Positions 48,570-63,139 of a stretch of DNA of 64,000 bases are shown piece by piece. A program made the position numbers and the translations under genes. Positions within the stretch are counted from its first letter, which is position 1, and each line of letters opens with the position of its first letter. Source of the stretch: Nitrospirales bacterium. GTDB taxonomy: Bacteria; Nitrospirota; Nitrospiria; Nitrospirales; UBA8639. Location: positions 480,001 through 544,000 of the forward strand of contig CBDBCZ010000018.1 of NCBI GenBank assembly GCA_965203295.1, read 5' to 3'. The notes under the pieces are model-generated. The model did not search any database, was not told where the DNA came from, and saw only the letters and a list, made by a program, of their open reading frames with translations.

Positions 48570-51500
48570 TTAGTTACACTTGTCATCGAGCTGTCTGTAA
48601 ACCCAGTTAATAATTTTACGAATTAACTCCACTCTAGAGGCATTTATTTCAGTAGCAATCTGCAGAGTTATCTGTGCTGCTGCCCGGAGAGCTGGGTTGC
48701 AGGAATTTTCATCAAGGATGGCATCACGGATGGCTTCGACACTCATGAAGTAACGAGCTATAATGCGATTAGTATACTTCTCTGCAGAGAGTGCGTCAAA
48801 AAGCTCTGACACCTGTTTATCAAGAATACCCTGTAAAGGACACGAGTAAAATGTGCGCAATCATTTTCAAATCTGTTATAATATGAGCATAATATTATTT
48901 CAGTTTAATAAAGTGCTATACATAACGTCTTGTGAAAGAGAGTTCCAAATGTTGGTCATTCTGGGGTTTTGCATGCATCTTAAATAGCTATGTCTTTTCT
49001 AAAGCTAGTAGCACCAGTGTCCACTTCATAGCAATGATAAGTGATGAGTTGTAGCAAAGGGCGCACGGTAGCTAGCATTAGGGAATAGGTGAAGATTGCA
49101 ACCTTGCAATATCATGCAGATACAGGTAATGCCATAATATTCATGTAGCTATACCATACTGCGATAATCCCTTATTTTTCGATAATTGATTAAGTCTACA
49201 TAGTTAACAATGTACTTGGCAAATAGTAGAATTAGGCACTTTCAGGCTATGTATAGAAAAAAAGTGTGACCTCCCGTCTAGAAATGCCATTTTGATCATT
49301 ATACCTGCATTAATTTTGATTAACACCCTAAGGGCATCCTATGATAATTAGGCATGTGCATTCGTGTGGGATGAAAGTGTTTGGCATTTGGTGAAACAAA
49401 TTTATCGCTCCAAAGACAGGCGAAAAATGCCAATGTGGTTGCTGCCCAAAATGCTTTCTTGTCGTAACTGGATGTGGTTCCGTCGCTAAACAATTGAGTG
49501 TGCAGGGACCGGAGAACTGCTGGGGTGATCGGCTCTCGCCTATTACTTCACTGTTTTTCTCATGTGCATGGCTCCACGTAGCAGCAATCGTAGCTCTTTC
49601 TGAAGGCAAGTTGGAAGTGGTAGGGAATGTTGTGTATGATAATTGTAAATGCCTGCCAGTATGGTTCTGTGTGATTTACCATTTCGGACTAGCTGAGCTA
49701 CAAAGTATGTTAGTGTAAGTTGAGATCCTGGGTATGGATCGAAGTCCACTGATTGGCAAAATTTAGTGTACTGTTGCTGAGCTGTGCAGTAGATTCTACA
49801 CGGGGAGGGAGCAATGGCAGCGGCCATGATCTCCATGTCCTTCCTAATGGCACCAATCTAGCTTTGGGGTGATGATAGGATCTTGGTCTGTCGAACTGTA
49901 AACGGGAGAGAGCATCCGCTAAACAATTATTGACGCCAGGAATATGGGCTACTGAGACATGAAAGTTGCCCGAAGCTACTATATAGAATAGGGTATGCAC
50001 CAGGCACATAATATCCGACCGTCTTGAGCCCTTGTTTGTCCACATATAGACTACTGAGAGGTTGTCGCAATGGAACTTGATACGGAGGCCCTTCCATTGG
50101 TCACTCCAGGTGGCTGCAGTCAACACAATGACATAGAGTTCCTTCCATTTTATGCACTTCCCTCTGGCGAGGGGCTTCAGATCATCCCAAGTGAACCAGG
50201 CACCTTTGAAGTATGCTCCATATCCTATCTCTCCTGAGGCATCTGTAAACAACTCAAAGTCGGGTGTCCTCACTCATTCAGATTCCAGCATGCTAGCTCG
50301 ACCATTCCAGGTGGGTAGGAACTTTAGCTACCAGTTGATGTCTGCTCGTGTTTGCTGGTTCAAGGTTATGTGGCGGTGGAGCTGTTTGTGCGTGTGCTCA
50401 AATCTAAGAGACTGTGAAACAATAGTCTCCCTTCGGGGATGACCTTTGCTGCAAACGAAAGTCCGCCAATAAGTGATAGAAGTTCACGCTTTGTACACTT
50501 CTTCTGATCTGGCCATCTCTCAAGTTCCTCCAGGAGGTCTACTAGCTTCTCCGGTGGAAGACTGCGTTTTATGCTGTTGGCGTTGATTGATATGCCAAGG
50601 AATGTTATGGTGGTTGCTGGCCCTCCAGTTTTTCCATGGCAACTGGGACCCTAGGACTTTGCATACTGTGAGCATGGTATTTACTGCTGCATGTGGGTTT
50701 CTGGTGGACTGGCTATGAAGTAATCATCTAGATAGTGTATGATGTGTGCTATGTTGTATTTTTTTCAGGATATATTTGATTGTTGAAGCAAATGTGTTGA
50801 ATATATATAAGGGACCCGTTTGTCAACATAATATTTATTCATTCCCAAACGATGCCAGTCTTCCTTTCTCACTGGGTACATTCTAAAAGCATTTTTTTTA
50901 GATCTACTTTGGCCATTATACTCCTCGGACTAAGCCGCTTTTCCAGTGATACTGCATCATCAACCGAAGAGTATGGCATGGTAAAGTTACCCTTGGGGAT
51001 GAAGTCATTAATTTTATACTTCTGCCCGGCGGGACAGAGAGGTGCATAATCATTCTCCACCCCCTGGTTTTCTTAGCTACTACTCCCAACCCTGAACAGT
51101 GTAGGTCGGGAAGTGGCGGGTCATCATATGGGCCCACAATATAGCCTGTGTTGCATTCTTTAACTAGTTCTGCATCAATCACGAAAGGGTGTTTGTCCAC
51201 TGATCTAAGGCTCCTGGAATTGCTCCTATTGTGTGGACCGATGTAACCTATGTTAACTCCATTCAGTATTGCTTCAAGTAGCCCTTGTAGGAAAGCTTTG
51301 TCTGGAAAACTGTGTAGCTGTGTAACTCCAGTTCAAACTGCAGTTTGATTAGAGTTGTGTTAGGGAAGTGTGCTTCAATTGGATGAGCTTGCTGGCAGAT
51401 GCGGGGTGTTCATCCCCATATCCTGCAGACGTGTCTGTAGATACACTTGTCTTCTGACTGTGAGTAGTTGAAACTACGGCATATTGCTTTACCGTCTGGT

Positions 51501-54500
51501 GTGGTTTGCACATGTCTTTGTGGAGGGGTAAAGGTGGCTCGGCGCTGATCTGGAGAGTATCTGTTGCTATCACTTTGTTGGCCACGAAAGGATTGTATCG
51601 GTTTGTTTTTGCTTTGCGGGCATACACCATCTGCATGACCATACTGCATGCCACGGTTGCAGTAGGGGCGCACCCGATTGGTCATGTGCAGTGTGAACAA
51701 GGGGATGTGGTATTCATCATCCCACCTTCTAAGTGGGTCGTCTGCTAACTGCCTTCGGAAGTCCTGGCCATATGAGATCCGGGCTTCTGGCTCATAGCGT
51801 TCGCTGACCAGTGCTAGGAAGGTTTGGCATTTGATATAATTATATTCAATTGCTCTAGATGGTTGGGCAGCTGTCATTAGTGACCACCCGTTTCATTTTT
51901 TTGGGGGTTGAAATGGACAGGCTGAGATCCTCGCCTACTGCCTCTTCAACACTCAGTCGGAGTGTCGTCCCATGCACCCTTCAATCGTACAACAGATCAT
52001 TAAAATCAATGTGAAAATCTTCTTGGCTGTGGTCTGAGGGAGGGGGGTACCACAGTTGGCAAATAGTTCAGCTCGGGGTAGTGTTACCGCCGGTGATGTC
52101 TGTGGCGCTTTGACGAGGGGAGCCATGGGCGCTGGTGCTTCCTCTTCCTCCGTTTATCGAGACTCTCCTTGTTCGTATCCGTGTCTTATGACGTGGTCTC
52201 CACCTCCTCCATTGTCATTGCTATCAGATGTGCGGCGCAAGGTATCGTCTGCTACTGCCTTTCTAATAAGCTCCTTCACCTCTCCACTGAGGGGTTAGCA
52301 TCTTGAGGCTGTCTCTGTCCGGCGCTGATGTTTCTGAGGGTGTCTCATCATGTGAGCTAGGTGGTGATGGGTCACGGTGTTGTTGCTGCTGTGTGACGTG
52401 GTTCGGTTTGTTGGGTGCCACTCATTGTTAGTCGGGCTTCCGCTAGACGTTGACGGAGGGCTCCCGTATTTAAATTTCACGCCCCCTCCCATGCCTACAC
52501 GGGAGTTGTTGCCTGCTGCCCACGGGCCAGACAGCTACCTGGCCCTGCTTTGGCCTGCTTTTTGTCCCGTGGGGTCAAATCGGGGTTTGGTCTGAATTGT
52601 GCTCTGGTTGTTGCGCTGGTTGTTACTCTACTGCCCGGTTTCCAACCATGGCCCCGGTTATGGCCTCGACCCCACTCATGTGCGGGTGTGTAGCACGTAT
52701 GCAAGCTTAGTAGCTTGCACTGAAACTCTTGGGAGCTGATGGCAGCAAAGGTATCCCTCCTCCACAGCCTGTTGGTTGCTACTAACATGCCGCCTGAGCT
52801 AGTGATCGTAGTGAGCCATCGACTGCGGCCGACAGGTTCACTGTTTCACTAGAGGCTTGACTGGGCAATGTTTAATATTTAAAACTCCCTATATCTCTGT
52901 AGTAAGGTTTTACAAAACAGACAGCAATGGAGCCCAGCTAACAAAACATGTGGTTGACTGTACAACTACGCATGCGTGATGATGTCATCAGTGATCCCAA
53001 ATTGGCGGGATACTTAGTCTGCCCTGGTGTATTTACATGCTTTCATTCTGTAAATATCCATTTATGAATTGTGATTTCTCTGAACTACCATTATAAGGGT
53101 GTGATATAATGATTAAATGTATGTATACCTTCCAGGAGTGCTATAGGAACAAATCCAAAGGAGTGTGAAAGAGTTTAATAGCCAGGAAAACCAGCCAACT
53201 CAAGATATTCACAGCTTTCAGGACAAGATTTGATAACTTTCTGTAGTTTTCTGTAGTTTTGTAGTAGTTGAAGGTCTTCTAAACTTTATAGGAATTCACT
53301 ATCAAAAAGTGTGGACACGACACTGCCAGAATTCTGGGAGGCTGGGTATCTTAAAGCCCATAATAATATTATCAGACCAAAATTATATTTATTTCTGGAT
53401 ACATGTACACTTACGAGGACTCTCTCCCTTCTTGCTGTCCAGTTGACACTTGCTGGCCAGTTGGCCCCTTCACCAATTCTACGGCAACCTGTGCACCACA
53501 AAAATACCACATTCCTAGCACAACTTAAACTGCATAGTGACATAAATGGTAGCATATTTAAAAGGCAACAGTGAGTTGAAACCATCTTTTATATAAGCCT
53601 TATACACAAACAACTATAATAATTATGTGCTAAGTTGTGCTCTGTATCCAAATTATTAAATGCCAAAAATTAATAATAATACAGTTCAAGGTAATACTTT
53701 GATGTCAACAAGTTGGCATAAAAAAACAAATATTCATAACCTGTTTAAAGTACAGGACAACAGCTTAATTATTCTTACAATGATGATTGGGTAGATGGTT
53801 TAAACTGCTATGGATAGCCCACCTCAAACACAAGTTGGTTCTTGCTAACTATTTCAGTAGCCAGCAATCATCACATACCCTGGTTTGAACATGGGATATG
53901 TCCACTGACACTGTGCCCTCAGAAGACACATTTTTCATGAAGCAGAAGCTGTTCTTCATGGAAATGATAATTATGCAACAGTAAGTGTGAGCCTTCAGTA
54001 CAGTGAAGCTTTTTTCTTTGAATTTGTAGTAAGAGTCGAAGATCTGGTCAAGTCTATCATAGTATTTATTGTATTATGTTATATAGTCATAGATAATTGC
54101 TTACCAGGGAAATCAAGCTCTAGAGGGTCAAAACAAATAATAAATATTACAAATCCTCCTCCACGAGTACTCTCTCCCGTACGGAATGTAACATTGAAGG
54201 CACCTGGCAGGTAAAAAAAATTAACTGCAATGCCATGCTTATGCAAAGTGTGAGTGATATCTGATGTGACTATACAACAACCCAGCTCATCACTTTTGAA
54301 CACATAGACTATAATTATGCTATACAGGTGATTATTATACAAGGCAAAAATGGCAGTGAAAGAATTGGAGGGAACAACAGACTTCTAGATTAAATTACTA
54401 TTACTCTCTCTATTGGTTGAGAAGTTAAATTTTAACATGTGGAGAACGCTTGTAATCTCTTGACAATCGAACCACAAATTTACCATAGATTGAAAGTTTT

Positions 54501-57500
54501 TCACTTTTTAAAAACAATTATTTGTGACATTTTTGAGTAGCTTCTTTTGCAGACTGTCGATGCTCACGTTAGAAAAGCGTTAACCTTTTTCATCGTAGGG
54601 TGAAATAGATGCGAGGTTGACTCAGACCTACTCAAACAACTAGCTAGCTAAGGCCGAGACTAACTAATTTGGGAACACCAGAAGCATTGAGTTAAAACAA
54701 TGATGCATAAACAGCCGAGAGCAAGAGGATTACAGCGACAACTGACTACAGCAAAAGTGACATCGCTTATATAGAAAATACAAATATCTAGAAGATTCTT
54801 CAAGAGTACATGGTTACAACAAAAGAGATCAGGAGACCACCTAAGGAGACGCAAAACCTAACGTTCCTATAGCACAAAGAAGATCACAGCCACCAACTAT
54901 AAACATTGAAAAACCAAAGCATAAAATCATAAACATTGCCTAAAAAGGAATACCTTGCACAACCAAGTAACATAGTATACAAGTTATTACATAGGGTACC
55001 AGTGCAAACTTTTTAACCGCGACAATGTGTTGATCGATGGTATATTCGTTTTGTGTATGCTGGTGATCAGAATAAGGGTGATTGCTACTATTATCCGTAG
55101 ACATACTTGTTCAAGTACGGCAAAGCAGTAATCCTTCACAGTTAACCGTAGCAATCCTAAAAATGACTTAATTATAGCTGCCACTGCTTTTGTTTTATTA
55201 TGTAAGAAAGTTTATAGTTTATTTTGCGCCAAGGAAACGTCCTGCCCAGTGCAAGTTGGTTTCTGTGCTGACTCAGCTACATGTAAGCCTAACCACAGTG
55301 CAACAGTAGTGCAATATCTGCCTCACTTCAGTGAGCGTGCTTGTAGCTGGTTTATTTGCTTCAGTAAAATTATATAGCAGCAAAGGCATAAAAATTCTCC
55401 ATGAAATGTATCAAGAGGTGAAGTGATAAAGTGAAGAATATTAATGCTACAATACATACTTATTCCCTGTTTTCCTCTAACCTTCCCCCAACTGGAGCAA
55501 GTTATCCCCTGGCTCTTTACCACAACTCTCTGTTGTGCCAAAGCCAGGGTGTTCCACTTCAATGTAATCTGTGCACCTGAAAATGGAGTATAAGTGCATG
55601 AATGTTCACTTAATTCTTTCCCTTCCAATGACACATTGTACCTATCACAAAGTGTTCAATCTCGTTTTTTGTGTTGTCTCATTGTGGTGGCTATTGGGGC
55701 AATGTGGGCCTGCCCTTTCTTATGATTTTTTATCCTGACTGTTTGCTATAACAGAGTGAACCTCATAATAGCTAAGCCTCAGCAGGAATGTGTAAACATA
55801 CCATAGTAAAACAAGTTATGCACCAGGTAGAAATATTCTGATAGTTGTATGGTACCAGTAAATTTATATTAAAATCATAGAACTTACCGCACTCCCAAGT
55901 GTAAAGACTTTGGGTGAACAGAGATGCGAGTGAGCATTGATACGGGTGAGCGGAGAAACATGTGTATATTACTACATTCTTAAGGGAATGCAAACCACGT
56001 ACATAATACAATAAATACACTTGTGCTACCCAAATTTTTTCTCTAGGTCCTGCATGGCTATGTAACTGCAACTACGTACTACTTATATATAGCCATTACC
56101 ATTTTATGCTAGCCATGTTCCCAAATTTCCCTACACAGTTCTTGTGCATGCACGGGGAAGGCCTGAGAATGTATATTCTCCAGTGCATGAGACATAGGTG
56201 CTATGGATGCAGGATGGCTGATTTTCCTGCTATACCATTTGTATAAAGCCATCTCAGCAATTGAAGGCACCTATATTTCGATGGGTACACTAAGACAGAG
56301 AAGTAATCTGTATGCGGCAAGAGAGTGAGATTCTTTTTTAAGTGTAGAGGGCAGTACATTGGTGGTGGCAAACTCTTAAACAGAAGGAATACATTGGATA
56401 TAAAGAGGAGTGATATTCACTGCTATCTTTTTAAAAAAGTGCAAAAACAAGTTATGTAGGGATGCACTTCCACCAAAAACACTTCTCCAAAAACCAATGA
56501 AACAAGCAACAGTGCACACCACAATGCATGCACAGACTACCCACACATCACAGTGCAATGATATGCATTTACCGCGTAGCCACCATCCCTACATCTTTCC
56601 AACCACACCCACCACAACCATGTATACGTATATGTGAGATGTGAGGAGTGGTAGTGTAATTTGGTGTGTGTGTATTGCTAATGACTGAGCATGTGGTGGT
56701 TGTGGAAGGTAGCTGAAACTGTAGAATGTGGACTAGTGAGTCATTGAGGGTGGAGTCATAAATATGGTGTTTGTATAGGGACTTGGGAGTGTTTGGTTAT
56801 GCCGGGTGGCCATGGAGTGTTATGAAGTTTTGTGAGCGTGTTGTGAGATGCTTGTGTATGCAGGTTCTTTGTAGGGGAGGACAGTATGGGTGTGTTTGGT
56901 AAAGTGTAGAAACTTTGTTGAGTGCGTTGTAAGGTAGTTGATGTGGGTTGTGTTTGTTGTGTGTGTAGGTGGCAGTGTGGTGTTGTGAGGAATTGCTCTG
57001 CTCAATTGTGCTTGTGAATGGTGAATGGTGGAGCGAAGTGCATTTTGATGTGAGTAGTGTTCCTGTGAAGGTTTGAGTTGGTTGTAGTGTAGGGTGATAT
57101 GTTTTGTAAGGTATGTGATGATTGTGGATAAGGAAGTAAGGGTGGTTGTACGTTGGATGGAGACGAGGTGTCATGGTTGATGATGGTTATGGATGGTTAT
57201 GTGTGTTATAGGAAGTATTCGGTGTGCTGTTGAGTATGGGGGTATGGTACAGATTGTGGTGGGTGTGGTTGGAAAGATGTAGGGATGGTGGCTACGCGGT
57301 AAATGCATATCATTGCACTGTGATGTGTGGGTAGTCTGTGCATGCATTGTGGTGTGCACTGTTGCTTGTTTCATTGGTTTTTGGAGAAGTGTTTTTGGTG
57401 GAAGTGCATCCCTACATAACTTGTTTTTGCACTTTTTGGCAAAGTGCTTTTTCTGTAACTTGTTTTGGGGTGTTTTTTGGGAGGTGGTAACAAATGTGTT

Positions 57501-60500
57501 GGTGTAAATGTGTAGGTGTAGGGATAGTGTTGGGATATAATGTGTTTGAGGATGATGCATGTAGTATATAGGTTTCGATTTGTACCCCAGTCAGCACCAA
57601 GAAGGCCTTCGTTTGCATGTGCATGGGGGGAAAGGTCTCTTTGTCAGGGTCAGCTATGTAACTGGCATGTGAGGTTGCCCTTTCTTGTCAAGGTCGGCAC
57701 TACAGCTAGCATGGGAAGCTGCCCCATGGAGTAGCTAGTACCATAGTCTATGATATGAATTATCTCTGAGGACAAAAATATGTATTGCATTTTCTAGTGT
57801 CACAAAGACGAATAACTGACTGCCCCCTCCAATATATTGGAGGGGGCAGTAAGCGAGGGGGCCTCCGGATGGTAGGGGTTGTCCGGATGCGATAAACCTC
57901 CTTTCCAAGGCTTTCTGCCTGTGCTAGTATTCATAGCAAGTGAACAAAGTAGCTCATGATGCATAACAAAGGCAAACAGAAAGGCCCAGAGAACAAGGCA
58001 AATTTGTTGCGTGTCTGTCCCGGGACAACTTGCAACTCATAAACAGTACCCCTGGCCAGAAGCCATTTAGACTAGAGCCAACTAACATAATAATCAGCCT
58101 TGTGAGTAAGTGTATTATAGCTAAAATTTCGTGTGACTTACGCCCAGAAGATGCATCTCAGGCCCGGACAGCTGGCACGATCAAAGGTGGGCGTTAAATA
58201 GACGAACGCGTGAAGTCTGCGCATAATTAAATGGGGCGGTAACTAAAAACCCGGAACGGAACGGAACAGTAGTTATTAAATGGCGTAGAATGGCAAGCGT
58301 CTACTCAGGAGTACTCGTAAATCACTGCTGAACCCATTCGATTTTTTTGAATAAGCTATGCTACGAGTGCAATACCCCGGGGAATATTTAGCTTGTTCGC
58401 GCTTGAATCATTGTGATCGCTTCAGCCATTATCGTGCTAGCCTGGCTGAAGAAAGAAGAAACAAGAAAGAAGATGTACCATTAAGCCCCGCCCCCCCAGA
58501 GTAGCGACTTGCCGGATTGGTACTCCAGCGAAGTTTTCTAGCAACGCCAACAGTCCTGTTGCTGATGAAAACACTCGAGATGCCATAATATGGCTCATAA
58601 AAGCCTATGACTATAATCAAAGCCGAGTTCTGAACGTATGATTTTGTACGCGTTATATGGGGCCGCCATTTTTTTCCGTGCCATCCCTACATATGGAGTA
58701 CTACCGTACTCCATGATATTTCACATTGCATCATGGGATCAAGAATGATGGTGGCCTTCTCGTGAGACGGATGCCAGTGCAACAGGACGGGTTGACAGAC
58801 TATGACCTATTCAATTGCATACCATGCCTCTCATGGAAACAGCGTAGCTGTACTAAAGCTAGACCAACAGCAGCTGAGACAACAAATATCTGTTTTGCAT
58901 AGCAGGAGCCATCTCCCCACAAACCACAAGCAAGAAAAAAAAGTATGCAAAGCTTTTATCTATAGTTGGTAGACTAACACGTATTACTCTGTAGTGGTGA
59001 GCAATACTATGACACTATTACTGAAGGCTATAGTAACAGCAACACCCAAGCTAGCCACAAGGGGCACCGTTGAAACGACACTGAGAGCCCTGGCCCTATT
59101 TAATCCACATCCGGTCAGGGCTAGGCTTGTCTAGTAGTTAGTTTTCATGTAATTACACTTACAGGGCAACATACCATTGAATTTACGTTTGGGACTATCC
59201 ATTGGCCAAGAGCTAAGCAGGAGTAGCCGTGCAACTAGTTCCATTCGCTTGCCAATTACCACGCACATGCGCTATAATTATACGCGTAGTCTTACTCGCA
59301 TAATTTTCATTGCGAGAGATAGCGTCAAAATGGCTGCGAGAGTTAACGTCAAAATGGCTGCCACTCGAAAGGCTATAGAAGAATTCTCACTGGTATCTCC
59401 GCAAAGAAGGTTGGTTCATCTGTAGAGGCCACGAGTGTCGCTGTGAATTATTTATTTATTTATTTATTTCCCCAAAAATCTGTACACTTGGGAGTGTAGC
59501 TATCATGAGTGCAAATACCTTTTCTTTTACAGGCAGAGAGTTATATAACCACATTTGTGGTGAGCATAAGTTAGTGTAGTAGGTTTCTGCGCATATTTGT
59601 CCATGTATCAAGACTACTTTGAGCTTGGCTCCACCCACTGTTGATGCAGCCAATGCAATCTGTAACTGAATCACTCTCAAATGGTTGGTTTCTTGTCAAA
59701 GTGTTCCAAAATTTTAGAGTATAGTACATGATTGTACAGTAGGCACATACATTGCAAGTGTTAAGTAAGTAATAGTTAATTATTTTTTAAAGGGCAGTTT
59801 GAGAGAGTATATATTGCTATACCGATCATCCTTGCATGTGACGTATTTTGAGAGCTATTAGTGAAAAAGTGGTTGCCATGGTACTGTGTATTAATGTATG
59901 CATACCTCTCGAAGCAGTCAGGTTCCTGTAAGTCGAGGTAAACGAGGTTGTAGAAGGCAAGTTTCCCTGCAGGACACTCGACATTGTACTTGACGAGCAT
60001 GGAATTCTCATAGCTGAGGAAGAGAACACAGGAGATTAACTAATAACTAATACACAAACTAGTGAAGTCACAAACAATGCTAGCATACACATGCACAGTG
60101 ACATACAAATGCTTACATTGTTTAGTTTGGAAACGGTGTTCAGTTTAACAGTTTTATCTCACAAATGTTTCAAGGCACTTGCACTATGTATTCTGCAGTG
60201 TCAATCATTAGCAAAAGCAAATCAAAAGGCAATGTAGTGTTGACACACAATGCCTCCCAAACGTTCACAAGTAACAACAATAATAGCTACATCTACTGCA
60301 GATCATGGTTGGTTCTTGTAGAAATGCGCACGCCTAGTGCAGACCAAACCCAACTAATCAATGGAAAACACATGTTTCAAACGCTTCCTACTTGAGAAAA
60401 TTACAGTATGGTGAGAATATCTACTTCCACCTACAAAATAGAATATTTAAATCAATATCTATTTAACAGTAATGACATGCATGCCTCTATTCTCCATAAG

Positions 60501-62511
60501 AGGGAATAGGTAAGAAAAAGAAGACTTTAACATGGCAGAGAAATCAGAAAAAAGATATCTTAAAGATAAGAACTTCCCTGATGACCAGCAGCATTGGAAA
60601 CTGTGACTGTGTAAATCATTGCAACTAAATTATAAGGAATAGATCATCCTACCACATGGTACAGCTAACAAAACAAATCACACCATACACTCAACTATTT
60701 TTAGTAACTCTTTAAGTAATGGACGCATACCCTGTCGTAACCCTTCTTTTATCATTTCCTCCTACCAATATCCCCCTTCCCCCCACCCACACATACACAA
60801 ACTCACGGTTCTTCCTGAAGAAAACCAGGAGAAAATAGCACACGAAGATTCGGATTTCCCAGATCAATGATTGGCTCCACTATTTGTGCTGACGGAAACC
60901 AATTCGGATTTCTGTAGGTGCACTGTAGCTCTCCAGATGGTCCTCGACCAATTAAAGTCCTGTATATTCCTTGTTCACTGTACAGGAATGAAAATTCAAT
61001 GAGGAATATGTAGCTATGGTTAAACGCAGGGAGATAAAAATGTGTTTCCTGGTAAATTCAGTTCGTCATAATTAGAGTTTGTATCCCAAGGACAGTCTTA
61101 GGGGCGGTATACTGAAACACGCTGTGTGAATGCATCAATATTCCTACCGTGAGTTCCACACACGAAAGTTTGCATTTCGAACGCAGAAATGTGAAATACA
61201 CAACAGAATATCATTTGATTTCTGTTAGGGAATGCCATATATATTATATCCTGCATCACATTTTTTTTAAACGGGTACCCTGAACTGCAGAGAATAGACT
61301 CTAAATTTTCTCACATGGTGGAGCAGCTGGTTCTGCAAGATGTAAAGAACTCCTATATTATCCTCGTGTATAATTGTCGTATTAAAAGCTGTGGGCATGC
61401 ACGACCATGCAAATGCCATATTAATGACAAGAAACGGTTCTCTGCGCAGGCTCAAGTAGGAACCCATGTCCTGGGACTATAAAGGACTGCCCTCTGGCAT
61501 ATTCGAGATACTGTTCGTTCTTAAAATGTTGACTTTACCGTGTTGTACTGGGAATGTGGTGGATGGAACCACTTTGGTCAATATAAAGTACAAAAAATGT
61601 TGAGTTTTTAGATTCATGTTTATCAATCGCTTAATCTTGCAATAGCGAGAGCCCAATTTTCATAGATAGACAATGGATAACTGTGTGGGGTATTAACTGT
61701 AACAATATAGCGTTTATAATAGCATGAACAAAAACTCGTTTGCATCACGGCATGCATGATGCTTTAGTGGGATAACGCTATAGTCTTCAGCAATCCATCC
61801 AAAAATTCACCCCCATCACAAGTAGTTCAAAGTGTTGTCAAGTTTGTATGTGGCAAAGTCTTGGTGAATATGTAGAAAGCTTCTGAAGCCCAAAACACTG
61901 AATATGAAAACTTGTCACTAAAAGTTTTCTGAGTGATGCAGAATTAAGTCATGGATAATGATAAGTACTGCATGAAATGTATGTCAGAAAGGTATTTATT
62001 GTGTAAAGTAAACGAAGATTTATGACGATGTAAATTGCATATGTTATAATCGGTTAAAACACCCCAGGAGGGATGGTGTTGATTTATAAGCACGAGGCCG
62101 GAGGGCCAAGTGGGAGGTAGAGTGGTTATCAATCAACAACATCCTGACTGGGCAAGGTACTGTACACTCGGCGCATGTGCTTGTTGGGACAATAGATGTG
62201 GCCAACCCTTAACCCTAATTGTAGAGCAATATCTGCTATGCTTCAGTGAGGGTGCTTGTAGCTGGTTCATTCGCCCCATTGAATTTAGCAACCATAAAAT
62301 ATGCTCAACTACGACCCCTATAATTCCAGCAATTGCACTCACAGTTGATAGTGCGCCTGTGAGTGTGTTACCAATCTTATTTACACTAACCACCTTGTGA
62401 GTGGAGTTTTACACTCACTTTGTCCCAGGCAATACAGTTGCAGCATTAGGAATACACGGCAAATAATCCGGCCAGCTGAAGATGCAACGCAATGACTGGT
62501 TGAATGCCAAC
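48570..62511 (-). CDS. Paralog C: short variant with CUB-like and helical domains; no signal exon and no central beta-domain exons seen
   Basis: Exons: 62511-62419, 60977-60807, 60013-59906, 55576-55482, 54203-54105, 53488-53415 (GCRRIGE..RRERVL), possible 12-nt exon 53140-53129, terminal exon 48830-48570 (GILDKQVSELFDALSAE..AIRDAILDENSCNPALR..*). Exon lengths 93/171/108/95/99/74 match A and B. Confidence 0.75.
49330..52800 (-). mobile_element. Decayed DIRS/Ngaro-type tyrosine-recombinase retrotransposon (boundaries approximate)
   Basis: Gag-like ORF 51877-51410 (Y..DFRR..W, CRSFN..C.YRHVC). RT fragments (ELVKECNTGYIVGPY..SGLGVVAKK..WRMIMHLS; YSSVDDAV..MAKVDLK; HYLDDYF near 50720-50740). RNase H (LFTDASG..KELY..HCDN..HIPGVNNCLADALSR). 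N-terminal part of a YR-like ORF at 49836-49543, truncated. Many frameshifts. Confidence 0.88.
56434..58714. mobile_element. Composite dispersed element, copy 2 (184-bp inverted arms, 636-bp spacer)
   Basis: Arms at 56434-56617 and 57254-57437. The spacer is strongly GT-skewed. The body matches 26245-27588 and the ends match copy 1. Confidence 0.75.
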
Positions 62512-63139
62512 CTGGAGAGCGATACAACAGCAGTAATTACAAACTGCCATTTCAAGAACATGTGATATTGTAACAGTCCCGGGTAGAACTAATCATGTAT
62601 ACCGATTGCTTCACTGCGTCATAATGCAATGTTAAGCTTCCATTAATGAAATCTGCTGTGTAATTGTACAACAGTGAGCATGAGAGAAGTCTTTGGTAGA
62701 CCATAAACACACTATCCTGTGTGCGTTTTGAATGCTTCCCTGCAATATTAACCATTTATTATCAAAAATGTTATGAAATTGGCAGCAAATAATGCAAGTA
62801 TGAGTATGTTTTTCGACCAGACGGGTGACTCAGAATGCACTTAGGCATAGTGAAATTGTGTCTTCTTGTGTTGACGAAAGTAACGTTTAGTGGCGATTTG
62901 GATTGTTGGTATTGCTAAAGCCTAAACTCCCTCTCCACTGCAGCCTAGTGATTGTCTCCCTTTGTTGCTGTAGGTATGAGGCACAATACCGTAACTCTTG
63001 GTGTCATACTCCGACAGAAATTTGTAAAATTTGACACTATTTAAGACAGTCTATTAGGCCATTATTTTTGGCATAGCATAAGCTCACAACGAAATTTTTC
63101 TCAGTGACAGAATTCTAAAAGCTAAACACTTAGTATCAC

